Shown: positions 1-8,549, counted from the stretch's first letter. The stretch is DNA of 32,000 bases from Xanthomonas campestris pv. campestris str. ATCC 33913 (GCF_000007145.1 NC_003902.1:3566497-3598496), one strand, 5' to 3'. Notes: generated from the letters alone by a model not told the origin. Translations and numbers: made by a program.

Positions 1-30
1 CTTCTTGCGGCGGGAAATACCGGACATCAT
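1..30 (-). CDS. tolR: TolR/ExbD-family protein, first 10 codons only (gene runs off the left edge)
   Basis: The minus strand from 30 reads ATG ATG TCC GGT ATT TCC CGC CGC AAG AAG = MMSGISRRKK. This is the short basic N-terminus typical of ExbD/TolR, and it lies directly downstream of tolQ. Only a fragment is visible. Confidence 0.5.
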   Translation of the reverse strand, partial: MMSGISRRKK

Positions 31-121
31 CGCGGAACGTTCCTAAGGGAGGCCCCGCACATGCAGGTGCGGGTGTTTGCGAGGGACTCGCCTGTCTGCT
101 GGCACCTGCCAGCGGCGCGCA

Positions 122-901
122 TTATTCGTCCGCGCCGGCCTGGCGCTGCAGGATCGAGCTGAACTCGTCGGCGAAGGTCTCATAGCGCACCGACAGCCGT
201 TCCACGCGGGTGGTGAAACGGTTGTAAGCCCACACCGCCGGAATCGCCACGAACAGGCCGATGGCGGTGGCGAACAAGGCTTCGGAAATACCCGGCGCCA
301 CCGCAGCAATACCGGCCTGCTCGCCGCTGCTGACCATGTCGTGCATGGTCACCATGATGCCGAACACGGTGCCGACCAAACCCACGTACGGTGCGGTGGA
401 GCCGATGTTGGCCAGCAATTCGAGATTGCGCTCAAGCTGGTCCACTTCCCGCGTAAAGGCGGTCCGCATGGCGCGCTGGGCACCTTCCAGCTGCACGCGC
501 GCATCCAGGCGACGGCGGTCGCGCAGCCGCGAGAACTCGCGGAAGCCACTTTCGAACATCGACTCCAGACCACCGACGGTGCGGTTGCGATCGGTTGCCG
601 AGGCGTAGAGCTTGGCCAGGTCCGCACCGGACCAGAAGCGGTTTTCGAACTCGTCCGCCTCACGGTTGGCCTGCTTGAAGGCACGCGCCTTGCGGAAAAT
701 GATGACCCAGCTGATGAACGAGCCGATCAGCAGCAGCAGCACGATGATCTTCACCGGGATGCTGGCCCGCAGGATCAACTCGGCGTAGTTGATGCTGCTG
801 TTGTGCGCCACGCTGGCGGTCTGCGCCGCAGCGGCGGTGACTTCCTGCGGCAGCGCTTCCACTACCGTGTCCTGCAGGGCCAGGAGCAATGCGATCGACA
901 T
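122..901 (-). CDS. tolQ: Tol-Pal system protein TolQ (MotA/TolQ/ExbB proton channel)
   Basis: The 259-aa ORF has three hydrophobic segments and the C-terminal MotA/TolQ/ExbB signature (LANIGSTAPYVGLVGTVFGIM ... PGISEALFATAIGLFVAIPAVWAYN). It sits in ybgC-tolQ-tolR context. Confidence 0.9.
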   Translation of the reverse strand: MSIALLLALQDTVVEALPQEVTAAAAQTASVAHNSSINYAELILRASIPVKIIVLLLLIGSFISWVIIFRKARAFKQANREADEFENRFWSGADLAKLYASATDRNRTVGGLESMFESGFREFSRLRDRRRLDARVQLEGAQRAMRTAFTREVDQLERNLELLANIGSTAPYVGLVGTVFGIMVTMHDMVSSGEQAGIAAVAPGISEALFATAIGLFVAIPAVWAYNRFTTRVERLSVRYETFADEFSSILQRQAGADE

Positions 902-912
902 CCGTTGGTTCC

Positions 913-1371
913 TTAGTAATCGGATTCTGTGGTTTCTAGAGCTTTCAACGCGTCAAACAGCGCATCGTCCATGCCGCGTGGGCGGAAGTCGCTGCCACCG
1001 AGTGCGGCAATGCGCACCTCGGCGGTCAGCAGAACTTCGCCCTCGCGCCTGACCGACTGCGCAAATATCAGGCTGGCCCGCTTGCACCGGGTGAGCACCG
1101 CCGAGACCGACAGTGCATCATCCAGCCGAGCCGGCTTGAGGAAATCCAGTTGCATGGAGCGGACCGCGAACACCAGATCGTGCTGCTGGCGCAGGCGTTC
1201 CTGCCCAAAGCCCAGCGCCCGCATCCATTCCGTGCGCGCCCGTTCCATGAAAGCAACATAGCGCGCGTGGTAGACCACGCCCCCGGCGTCCGTATCTTCC
1301 CAGTACACGCGTGTCGGCCAACTGAATACAGGCGGGGATTGGGGAATCGGGAGTCGGGAATCGGCGGTCAT
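913..1371 (-). CDS. ybgC: Tol-Pal-associated acyl-CoA thioesterase YbgC (4HBT hotdog fold)
   Basis: The 152-aa ORF carries FSWPTRVYWEDTDAGGVVYHARYVAFMERARTEW, which matches the YbgC N-terminal catalytic motif (YxEDTD..G.V.H). It lies 11 bp upstream of tolQ. Codons 4-12 are encoded by a heptamer repeat (see the repeat feature at 1334-1362). Confidence 0.88.
   Translation of the reverse strand: MTADSRLPIPQSPPVFSWPTRVYWEDTDAGGVVYHARYVAFMERARTEWMRALGFGQERLRQQHDLVFAVRSMQLDFLKPARLDDALSVSAVLTRCKRASLIFAQSVRREGEVLLTAEVRIAALGGSDFRPRGMDDALFDALKALETTESDY
1334..1362. repeat. Solo array of four GGGAATC-type heptamers (GGGGATT GGGGAATC GGGAGTC GGGAATC)
   Basis: Read directly from the sequence. It belongs to the same family as the arrays at 6342-6369, 6399-6426, 6966-6993, 7053-7080 and 27811-27838. 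It lies inside the first 13 codons of ybgC (translated ADSRLPIPQSP). Confidence 0.85.
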
Positions 1372-1423
1372 GGGAGCATGCTTCTAGTCGAGACAGCCCA
1401 CACGCGCCTAAAGCGGGCAGCCA

Positions 1424-2464
1424 TCAGAACAGGTCTCCGGGTTCGCCGATTGCGGGCGCACTGTCGCGCGGCGGCTTCAGCCCAAGGTGCAGATAGGCTT
1501 TCGGCGTGACCATGCGGCCGCGCGCGGTGCGGATCAGGAAGCCCTGCTGGATCAGATACGGCTCGATCACGTCTTCCAGCGTGCCGCGCTCCTCGGACAA
1601 CGATGCGGCCAGCGACTCCACGCCCACCGGCCCGCCGTCGAAGTGATCGACGATGGTGCGCAGCATGCGGCGGTCGAGCTCGTCAAAGCCCTCCGGATCC
1701 ACCTTCAACATCTGCATGGCGGCCTGCGCCACCGTCAGGTCGATGTGGCCGGCGGCCTTGACCTGGGCGAAATCGCGCACCCGCCGCAACAGCCGGTTGG
1801 CAATGCGCGGCGTGCCGCGCGCGCGGCGCGCGATCTCGGCGGCGCCATCGGGCGTGCAGTCGATGCCCAGGATCGCTGCCGAGCGGATCACGATACGGGT
1901 CAGCTCCTGCGGCGAGTAGAACTCCAGGCGCTGCACGATGCCAAAGCGGTCGCGCAACGGCGCGGTCAGCAGGCCCGCGCGGGTGGTCGCGCCAATCAGC
2001 GTAAACGGCGGCAGGTCGATCTTGATCGAACGCGCGGCCGGGCCGTCGCCGATCATGATGTCGATCTGGAAGTCTTCCATCGCCGGATACAGCACTTCTT
2101 CCACCACCGGCGAAAGGCGATGGATCTCGTCGATGAACAACACATCGTGCGGCTGTAGGTTAGTCAGCAGCGCGGCCAGATCACCGGCCTTTTCGATCAC
2201 CGGGCCGGAGGTGACGCGCAGGCTCACGCCCAGTTCGTTGGCGATGACGTGGCTGAGCGTGGTCTTGCCCAGGCCGGGCGGCCCGAAGATGAGCACGTGA
2301 TCCATCGCCTCGCCGCGCGCCTTGGCCGCCTGGATGTAGATCTCCATCTGGTCGCGCACCGGCTGCTGGCCGAGGTAATCGGCCAGGCGCTTGGGGCGGA
2401 TGCTCGCATCGGCGGCCTCGTCCTCACGGGTGGCGCTGCTGGCGATGGTGCGCTGTTCAGTCAT
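1424..2464 (-). CDS. ruvB: Holliday junction branch migration ATPase RuvB
   Basis: The 346-aa ORF has Walker A (GPPGLGKTT), Walker B (LFIDEIHRL), the sensor region ([21 protein letters not shown]) and a C-terminal winged helix ([18 protein letters not shown]). The match to RuvB is unambiguous. Confidence 0.97.
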   Translation of the reverse strand: MTEQRTIASSATREDEAADASIRPKRLADYLGQQPVRDQMEIYIQAAKARGEAMDHVLIFGPPGLGKTTLSHVIANELGVSLRVTSGPVIEKAGDLAALLTNLQPHDVLFIDEIHRLSPVVEEVLYPAMEDFQIDIMIGDGPAARSIKIDLPPFTLIGATTRAGLLTAPLRDRFGIVQRLEFYSPQELTRIVIRSAAILGIDCTPDGAAEIARRARGTPRIANRLLRRVRDFAQVKAAGHIDLTVAQAAMQMLKVDPEGFDELDRRMLRTIVDHFDGGPVGVESLAASLSEERGTLEDVIEPYLIQQGFLIRTARGRMVTPKAYLHLGLKPPRDSAPAIGEPGDLF

Positions 2465-2503
2465 CCCGCCATCTTCTCATGCCGCGCGCGGCCGGCGCAG
2501 CAT

Positions 2504-3625
2504 CTAGAAATCAAGGTCGGCCTGCCGCAGCGTGCTGAAAAACGCCTCGAAGCTCGGCGCGCGCCAAGTCGGATGCAGTCCTTCCCAGCGTTCGAAGTAG
2601 ACCACCTCGGGCGCGTAGTGCGGCCCGCGGCCCCGATAGTCCAGGCACAGCAGGCAATCGACGTTGTGGCTCGACAGCACCAGGACCTGGTCCAGACCGG
2701 CATGCAGAGTTGCGACTGCGCTGAAATCCTGTGGGTCTTCGAACGCGGCGGCGAAGTCCAGCACGCTGCCGATCTGGGCCAGCGGCGATAAGTAGCGGTC
2801 GACCAGCACGCACTCCCAATCCACGTAGCGGTCCGAAGGGAAACGGGTACGTGGCACCCAGCACCAGCCGGTATCACCGCCGTCCTGGACGCCGTACAGA
2901 CGCTTGAACAATGCCGGCAAGCGCACGCCCAGCCGCGCTTCGGCCGCTGCCAGGGCCTTGGTGTCCGCAACCGTTAGTGCGTCGCTCCAGTGCCCGGGGC
3001 CGCTCCAGAACGTCTCCAGTGCAGGCGGCTGCGGCTGCCACTGCACGCGCTCGTTGTCGTCGTATTTCGCCTGCAACGCGGGCGACCAGTACACGACATC
3101 GACCAGCTGCGCGAGCAGATCCTCCACCCCCTCGAACACGATCAACCGCTGCCCGCTGCCCGCATCGACGTAGACCAAGGTCGGCTCGGTGTCGGGCGCT
3201 GCGTAGTCCAGGCAGAGCGCCCGGCTGGGCGCGCGGGCATCGGCGGCGATGGCGATCAACCAGCGGTCATCGCCACTGGCGGCCAGGCCGGCGTAGGCAT
3301 CGTCACGGTAGTCCTCGCGGGCGCGCACCTGCGCGAACGAAAATAGCGCTTCCGCACCCAACAGGCGCGCTCGCGGAATCAGCCATTCGGCGGCAAGCCA
3401 ATTGTCCGGTTGTTGCAGCGACTGACCACGCGCCATCTGCACCGCGCCACCGTCGTAGCGTGCATAGAGATGCCGCAACCAGTCCGGCAGGCGGACACCG
3501 AGCCGCGCCTGCGCCGCGGCGATGGACGCATCCGTGGCCGGAGATCGTCCAAGGTTCAGTGCTTCGTCCCAGAAGGTGTCCAGGGTCGGCGCGCGACCGT
3601 AGACCTTCCATTCCAGGCCGGCCAC
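2504..3625 (-). CDS. Tandem SMI1/KNR4 (SUKH-1) domain protein, immunity-protein-like, function unknown
   Basis: This is the C-terminal part of the 823-aa track ORF. I trimmed it to the GTG at 3625, which has GGAG 8 nt upstream and lies 2 nt after the kup stop; the ORF upstream of that is kup read out of frame. The ~373-aa product has two homologous halves. Each half carries the SMI1/KNR4 motifs (D/E)TFW, A(A/Q)ARLGVRLP..L..LY...DGG, and L(C)LDY...P.(L/V)VY. Confidence 0.75.
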   Translation of the reverse strand: MAGLEWKVYGRAPTLDTFWDEALNLGRSPATDASIAAAQARLGVRLPDWLRHLYARYDGGAVQMARGQSLQQPDNWLAAEWLIPRARLLGAEALFSFAQVRAREDYRDDAYAGLAASGDDRWLIAIAADARAPSRALCLDYAAPDTEPTLVYVDAGSGQRLIVFEGVEDLLAQLVDVVYWSPALQAKYDDNERVQWQPQPPALETFWSGPGHWSDALTVADTKALAAAEARLGVRLPALFKRLYGVQDGGDTGWCWVPRTRFPSDRYVDWECVLVDRYLSPLAQIGSVLDFAAAFEDPQDFSAVATLHAGLDQVLVLSSHNVDCLLCLDYRGRGPHYAPEVVYFERWEGLHPTWRAPSFEAFFSTLRQADLDF

Positions 3626-3627
3626 GC

Positions 3628-5535
3628 TCAGATCTCCACTTGCGCGCCGAGTTCCACCAGGCGGTTGCCGGGAATGCGGAAGAAGCCGGTGGCGGGGGCG
3701 GCGTTGCGATGCATCAGTGCGAACAACTTGTCGCGCCAGATCGGCATGCCGCGGTTGGCGCTGGCCACGATGGTCTCGCGGCTGGCGAAGAAGGTGGTGT
3801 CCATCGGGTCGAAATGGATGCCGCCCTGGTCGCAGGAGCGCATCAGTGCCAGCGGTACGTCGGGCGTTTCCATGAAGCCGAAGCGCACGTACACGCGGTA
3901 AAACTCGTCGCCGATCGATTCGATCTGCAGGCGTTTGTCGGCCGGTGCGTAAGGGATCGGCAAGGTGTCGACGTTGAGGAAGATATTGCGCTCGTGCAGC
4001 ACCTTGTTGTGCTTGAGGTTGTGCATCAGCGCATGCGGCACGACCATCGGGTCGGCGGTGAGGAACACCGCCATGCCGGGCACGCGCGCTGGCGGCGCAA
4101 GCATCAGGCCGGGCAGGAAGCTGTCGATGCGGATGCCGTCCTTGCGGATTTCCTCGCGCAGCAGCGCGCGGCCGCGGCGCCAGGTGCGCATCAGGGTAAA
4201 CACCACGATGCCCAGCGCCAGCGGGAACCAGGCGCCCTGCAGCAGCTTGGCACCATTGGCGATCACGAACGCCAGTTCGATGATGAAGAACACCACGCAC
4301 AGCGGCAGTACCCAGTTGCGCCAGCGCGGCCACAGCGAGCGGGCCACCAGGGCCAGCAGCAGCGTGTCGATCAGCATGGTCATCGAGACCGAGATGCCGT
4401 AGGCCACCGCCAGGTTGGTGGAGCTGCGGAAGATCAACACCAACGCGATCACCATCACCATCAACAGCCAGTTGATGCCGGGCACGTAGATCTGCCCGAT
4501 GGTGTCGCGCGAGGTGTGCTTGATCAGCATGCGCGGGATGTAGCCCAGCTGCATGGCCTGGCGGGCCACCGAGTACGCACCGGTAATGACCGCCTGCGAG
4601 GCGATCACCGCCGCCAGCGTGGCAAGGATGATCATCGGGTACAGCGCCCAGCTCGGCACCGCTTCGAAGAACGGGTTCTTCAGCGCGGCCGGGTGGTTCA
4701 ACACCAGCGCGCCCTGCCCCAGGTAGTTGAGCAACAGCATCGGCAGGACGAAGAAATACCAGCCGTGGCGGATCGGGCGCGCACCGAAATGGCCCATGTC
4801 GGCATACAGCGCTTCGCCGCCGGTCACCGCCAGCACCACCGCGCCGAGGATGAAGACCCCGTGCCAGCCGTGCTCCATGAAGAAGCGGATCGCCCACCAG
4901 GGGTTGAAGGCCTTGAGCACCTCGGGTGCGTCGACGATGTTCCAGATGCCGATCGCGCCCAGCGACAGGAACCACAGGCAGGTGATCGGGCCGAACACTT
5001 TGCCCACTTTCTCCGTGCCGAAGCGCTGCACCATGAACACCACCAGCAGCACCACCACGGTGATCGGCACGATGAAGGGATGCAGGCTGGGCGCGGCGAT
5101 CTCCAGGCCTTCGACCGCACCCATCACCGAGATGGCCGGGGTGATTACGCCGTCGCCGAAGAACAGCGAGGCGCCGAAGATGCCCAGGATGCCCACCACA
5201 TACGCCGAGCGCGAGCCCTGCTTGAGGGTGCGCTGGGTCAGCGCCATCAGCGCCATGATGCCGCCCTCGCCCTCGTTGTCGGCGCGCATGATGATGGTGA
5301 CGTACTTGAGCGTCACCGTGATCATCAGCGCCCAGAACGCCAGCGACAGCACGCCCAGCACGGTGTCGTGATCGCTGGTCAACCCGTAGTGCGGCGAGAA
5401 CGCCTCCTTGAGGGTGTACAGCGGACTGGTGCCGATATCGCCGAAGACGACGCCGATCGCGCCGATGACCAGGGCCATGTGGCCATTGGCGGGCGCATGG
5501 CCGGAGCCGGCTGCGGGAGTGGGGGTGTGGGACAT
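3628..5535 (-). CDS. kup: KUP/HAK/KT family potassium uptake protein Kup
   Basis: The track ORF 3628..5877 is trimmed to the ATG at 5535 ([10 protein letters not shown]...). [25 protein letters not shown] is the family N-terminal signature. There are about 12 hydrophobic segments and a cytosolic C-terminal domain, for 635 aa in total. Confidence 0.95.
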   Translation of the reverse strand: MSHTPTPAAGSGHAPANGHMALVIGAIGVVFGDIGTSPLYTLKEAFSPHYGLTSDHDTVLGVLSLAFWALMITVTLKYVTIIMRADNEGEGGIMALMALTQRTLKQGSRSAYVVGILGIFGASLFFGDGVITPAISVMGAVEGLEIAAPSLHPFIVPITVVVLLVVFMVQRFGTEKVGKVFGPITCLWFLSLGAIGIWNIVDAPEVLKAFNPWWAIRFFMEHGWHGVFILGAVVLAVTGGEALYADMGHFGARPIRHGWYFFVLPMLLLNYLGQGALVLNHPAALKNPFFEAVPSWALYPMIILATLAAVIASQAVITGAYSVARQAMQLGYIPRMLIKHTSRDTIGQIYVPGINWLLMVMVIALVLIFRSSTNLAVAYGISVSMTMLIDTLLLALVARSLWPRWRNWVLPLCVVFFIIELAFVIANGAKLLQGAWFPLALGIVVFTLMRTWRRGRALLREEIRKDGIRIDSFLPGLMLAPPARVPGMAVFLTADPMVVPHALMHNLKHNKVLHERNIFLNVDTLPIPYAPADKRLQIESIGDEFYRVYVRFGFMETPDVPLALMRSCDQGGIHFDPMDTTFFASRETIVASANRGMPIWRDKLFALMHRNAAPATGFFRIPGNRLVELGAQVEI

Positions 5536-5734
5536 GAGGTGAGGAGTTTTCGCCAGACAGCGTGAAGAAGAGGAAGACGGCGTGCTACCGGGGCACCGCC
5601 GCGGGCCTAGCGGGTAAATGCCAGGTGAGGCCGGGCAGTGCGCTCGGGATGCGCAGTGTACGGGGCCAACCCGCCGATGCCGAGCACTGGCCGCGCCCGC
5701 TTGGCGGCGGCGCGGTGGTTTTGGATCGCCGCGC

Positions 5735-6319
5735 CTAGCGCAGCGCGGCCTGGAGGGCCTTGCGAATAACGGTGGCGACCTCGTCGCCTTCGGCCCCGGC
5801 CTCGCGTGCCATGCGCGCGGCCTCGGCGGGCTTGTAGCCCAGCTGCTGCAACGCCACGGTGGCCTCGGACACCGCATCCGGGCCCAGCTGGCCGGTGATC
5901 GGCGCGCCGCTGCTGAAGTCGGCCGCGCGGTCGCGCAGCTCCACCACCATGCGCTCGGCGGTCTTTTTGCCGATGCCGGGGATGCGGGTCAGCGCAGTGA
6001 TGTCGCCACTGGTGATCAGCCGCGCGAATTCGTCCACGGTGACCCCGGACAGCACCGCCAGCGCAATCTTGGCACCGATGCCGGTGACCTTCTGCACGTC
6101 GCGGAACAGCCGGCGCTCGCCCTCGCGCAGGAAGCCGTACAGCGACACGCTGTCTTCCTTCTGCGCGTAATGGGTGAACAGGATGACGTCGCGGCCGACA
6201 TCGGGCAGGTCGTAGAAGGTGCTCATCGGCGCCTCCAGTTCATAGCCCACCCCGCCCACGTCGATCACCAGCCACGGCGGCTGCTTGTAGGCCAGGATCC
6301 CGCGCAGACGGCCGATCAT
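5735..6319 (-). CDS. ruvA: Holliday junction DNA helicase subunit RuvA
   Basis: The 194-aa ORF starts [23 protein letters not shown] and has two helix-hairpin-helix motifs ([27 protein letters not shown]). The C-terminal domain III contains LGYKPAEA. Confidence 0.95.
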   Translation of the reverse strand: MIGRLRGILAYKQPPWLVIDVGGVGYELEAPMSTFYDLPDVGRDVILFTHYAQKEDSVSLYGFLREGERRLFRDVQKVTGIGAKIALAVLSGVTVDEFARLITSGDITALTRIPGIGKKTAERMVVELRDRAADFSSGAPITGQLGPDAVSEATVALQQLGYKPAEAARMAREAGAEGDEVATVIRKALQAALR

Positions 6320-6341
6320 TGGGCACCGCCTGCGGGGCGCC

Positions 6342-6433
6342 GGGAATCGGGAATCGGGAATGGGGAATCGTCAGAGCTGACTCCGCGTGTGCCGTTGCGA
6401 TTCCCGATTCCCGATTCCCGATTCCCGATTCTC
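6342..6433. repeat. Inverted pair of heptamer arrays: (GGGAATC)4-type at 6342-6369 and (GATTCCC)4 plus a degenerate unit at 6399-6433, with a 29-bp spacer
   Basis: Read directly. The left arm is GGGAATC GGGAATC GGGAATG GGGAATC. The right arm is four perfect GATTCCC units followed by GATTCTC, which overlaps the ruvC stop codon. The element fills most of the 112-bp ruvC-ruvA gap. Confidence 0.92.
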
Positions 6434-6956
6434 ATCTTTTCCGGCTCCACGCCTGTTGGGTATTGACGCCCAGGCGCTGCGCGGTGGCGCGCACGTGGGC
6501 GTGAGTGATGGCGACCGCCAGCGCGTCGGCGGCGTCGGCCTGCAGCTTGCCTTTGAGATTGAGCATGATCCCGACCATGTGCTGCACCTGGACCTTGTCC
6601 GCGCCGCCCTTGCCGACCAGCGCGAGCTTGATCTCGGTGGCAGCGTACTCGTGCACCGGCAGGTCGCGCAGCACCACCGCGCAGATCGCCGCCCCGCGCG
6701 CGTGGCCGAGCTTGAGCGCCGAATCGGCACTCTTGCCCATGAATACCTTCTCGATCGCCACTTCCTGCGGCTGGTAGGTCTCGATCAGCTCACCCAGCCC
6801 GTGCAGCAGGCGTTTCAGGCGCTGGGCGAAGTCGCCCTCGCCCAGCAGCACCAGCGGCGCATGGAACACATGCCGGCTGCGACCGCTCTCGTCGACGTCG
6901 ATGATGCCGATGCCGGTGCGCTGCGAACCGGGATCGATGCCGAGGATGCGGGTCAT
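6432..6956 (-). CDS. ruvC: Crossover junction endodeoxyribonuclease RuvC
   Basis: The 174-aa ORF starts [20 protein letters not shown] (catalytic Asp motif), with EVAIEKVFM.. and [13 protein letters not shown] near the C-terminus. This is the classical RuvC pattern. Confidence 0.95.
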
Positions 6957-6965
6957 CTGTGGGCC

Positions 6966-7080
6966 GGGAGTGGGGAATCGGGAATCGGGAATGGGTAGAG
7001 CGGCCTGCTGCAGTCTCGGACGCTGCCGAGCAATGCAGGGTGCAGCTGTTTCGATTCCCGATTCTCCATTCCCGATTCCC
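6966..7080. repeat. Second inverted pair of heptamer arrays (6966-6993 GGGAGTG GGGAATC GGGAATC GGGAATG; 7053-7080 GATTCCC GATTCTC CATTCCC GATTCCC), with a 59-bp spacer
   Basis: Read directly. It occupies most of the 129-bp yebC-ruvC gap (6957-7085) and is more degenerate than the 6342-6433 copy. Confidence 0.9.
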
Positions 7081-7085
7081 GGCGC

Positions 7086-7814
7086 TTACGCGCCGAGACT
7101 GGCCTGGTCGACGTTCGAATACACGTCCTGCACGTCGTCCAGGTCTTCGAGCATGTCCAGCAGCTTGCGCACCTGCACGGCGGTGTCGCCGTCGACGGCG
7201 ATGTCGTTTTCGGCGCGGAAGGTGATCTCGGCGTGGGCCGGTTCAAAGCCGGCGGTGGCGAGGGCCTGCTTGACCTGGGCGAAGGTGTCCGGGGCGGTCA
7301 GCACGTCGATGGCGCCGTCTTCCGGGTACACCACCACGTCGTCGGCGCCTGCTTCGATGGCGGCCTCGGTGACGGCGTCCTCATCGGCACCGGCGGCGAA
7401 GCTGAGCACGCCCAGGCGCTTGAACATGAAGGCGACCGAGCCGTCGGTGCCCATGTTGCCGCCGCACTTGCTGAAAGCATGGCGCACGTCGGCCACCGCG
7501 CGCACGCGGTTGTCGGTGAGGCAATCCACGATCACCGCCACGCCGCCGGGGGCGTAGCCCTCGTAGCGCACTTCTTCGTATTCCACGCCTTCCAGCTCGC
7601 CGGTCGCCTTCTTGATGGCGCGCTCGATCACGTCCTTGGACATGTTCGACGACAGGCCCTTGTCCATGGCGGTGCGCAGGCGCGGGTTGTTGGACGGGTC
7701 GCCGCCGCCGGCGCGCGCCGCCACACTGATCTCACGGATGATCTTGGTGAAGATCTTGCCGCGTTTGGCGTCGGACGCGTTCTTGCGGCCTTCGATGGAG
7801 GGGCCTCTACCCAT
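7086..7814 (-). CDS. yebC: YebC/PmpR family DNA-binding transcriptional regulator
   Basis: The 242-aa ORF carries [60 protein letters not shown], the conserved YebC N-terminal block. It sits immediately upstream of ruvC, as in many proteobacteria. Confidence 0.93.
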   Translation of the reverse strand: MGRGPSIEGRKNASDAKRGKIFTKIIREISVAARAGGGDPSNNPRLRTAMDKGLSSNMSKDVIERAIKKATGELEGVEYEEVRYEGYAPGGVAVIVDCLTDNRVRAVADVRHAFSKCGGNMGTDGSVAFMFKRLGVLSFAAGADEDAVTEAAIEAGADDVVVYPEDGAIDVLTAPDTFAQVKQALATAGFEPAHAEITFRAENDIAVDGDTAVQVRKLLDMLEDLDDVQDVYSNVDQASLGA

Positions 7815-7889
7815 GAGTGTTTCCAGACTGGCTTGGATGACAGGGCGCGGATTTTACCTGATTGCCCGCCCGCACCGGGGTGAGGCCGT

Positions 7890-8549
7890 TCAGTGCGTAA
7901 AACGGCCATCGCGCAGGAATGCCAGCACCTGCTGCGCGGCGGCGGGCGAGCGCAACAGGCCGCTATGGCTGGCCTGCACCACGCAATGGTCGTGCAGGCC
8001 GGGCAGACCGGTTTCGTCCAGCCCCACCGTGCCGTCCGAGCCGGCCTGCAGCGGCGCCAGCCAGCGGCCCAGGCCGCGTGGCACGCAACCGGCAATCTGA
8101 CCCACCTGGGCAGCGCCGTCCCAATGCGTAAACCCGCGCAGCAGCAGCGCCGCACTGCGCCCCATCGCCCAGTGGCCACCACGCCGCGCCAGCCCACGTG
8201 CAGCCGCGCTGCCGCACAACGGCGAGCCCAGGCAGACCACGCGTTGCACCGGCAGCTCCGGCGCCTGCTGCAAGGCTTGCAAGGCCATCAACCCGCCCAG
8301 GCTGTGGCAGACCAGTAACGGTGCGCGTGTGGCGCGCAGGCGGGCGATCAGCTGGGGCACCGCCTGCGCCGGGCCGCCGCGCACGCTGGCATAGCCGAAC
8401 AGCGCCGGCGTCATGCCGGCCGTACGCAGACGCCTTGCCAGCGGCAGCAACCAGTGCGCGGTGTTCCAGATGCCATGCACGAGCAACACATCGGCGGAGG
8501 CAGCCTCGGGATGCCCGCTCTGTGTCTGCTGGTCGTCGCCGCCGCTCAT
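7890..8549 (-). CDS. Alpha/beta hydrolase (lipase/esterase-like), substrate unknown
   Basis: The track ORF is trimmed to the ATG at 8549 (MSGGDDQQ...). LLVHGIWNTAHW is an HG oxyanion-type block and LLVCHSLGGLMAL is a nucleophile elbow (G/x-H-S-x-G). A late D/H region (GSDGTV ... ASHSGLL) follows. The product is 219 aa. Confidence 0.7.
   Translation of the reverse strand: MSGGDDQQTQSGHPEAASADVLLVHGIWNTAHWLLPLARRLRTAGMTPALFGYASVRGGPAQAVPQLIARLRATRAPLLVCHSLGGLMALQALQQAPELPVQRVVCLGSPLCGSAAARGLARRGGHWAMGRSAALLLRGFTHWDGAAQVGQIAGCVPRGLGRWLAPLQAGSDGTVGLDETGLPGLHDHCVVQASHSGLLRSPAAAQQVLAFLRDGRFTH

Noticed and set aside
31-121. Short hairpins between tolQ and tolR (CCCGCAC-N6-GTGCGGG at about 53-72; GCTGGCA-CC-TGCCAGC at about 97-112).
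   Set aside because: The stems are 6-7 bp, and one has an impossible 2-nt loop. This is plausible intercistronic structure but indistinguishable from chance in GC-rich DNA.
2504-4975. An 823-aa minus-strand track ORF that appears to extend the SUKH gene far upstream.
   Set aside because: Everything upstream of about 3625 is the kup coding region read in another frame (Pro/Arg/Gly-rich). The recognisable SMI1/KNR4 sequence begins right after the kup stop, where a GTG with a GGAG Shine-Dalgarno exists.
2911-5565. An 884-aa plus-strand ORF covering the kup and SUKH region.
   Set aside because: It is antisense to two genes with clear family signatures. Its translation is Arg/Ala/His/Gly-rich low complexity with no motif I recognise. 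This is the typical mirror ORF produced by high GC3 coding sequence on the opposite strand.
5536-5734. The kup upstream region, examined for a riboswitch or a ruvA terminator.
   Set aside because: I found only a 7-bp GGCGCGG/CCGCGCC stem with a 13-nt loop and no U tract. I recognised no conserved riboswitch-like core.
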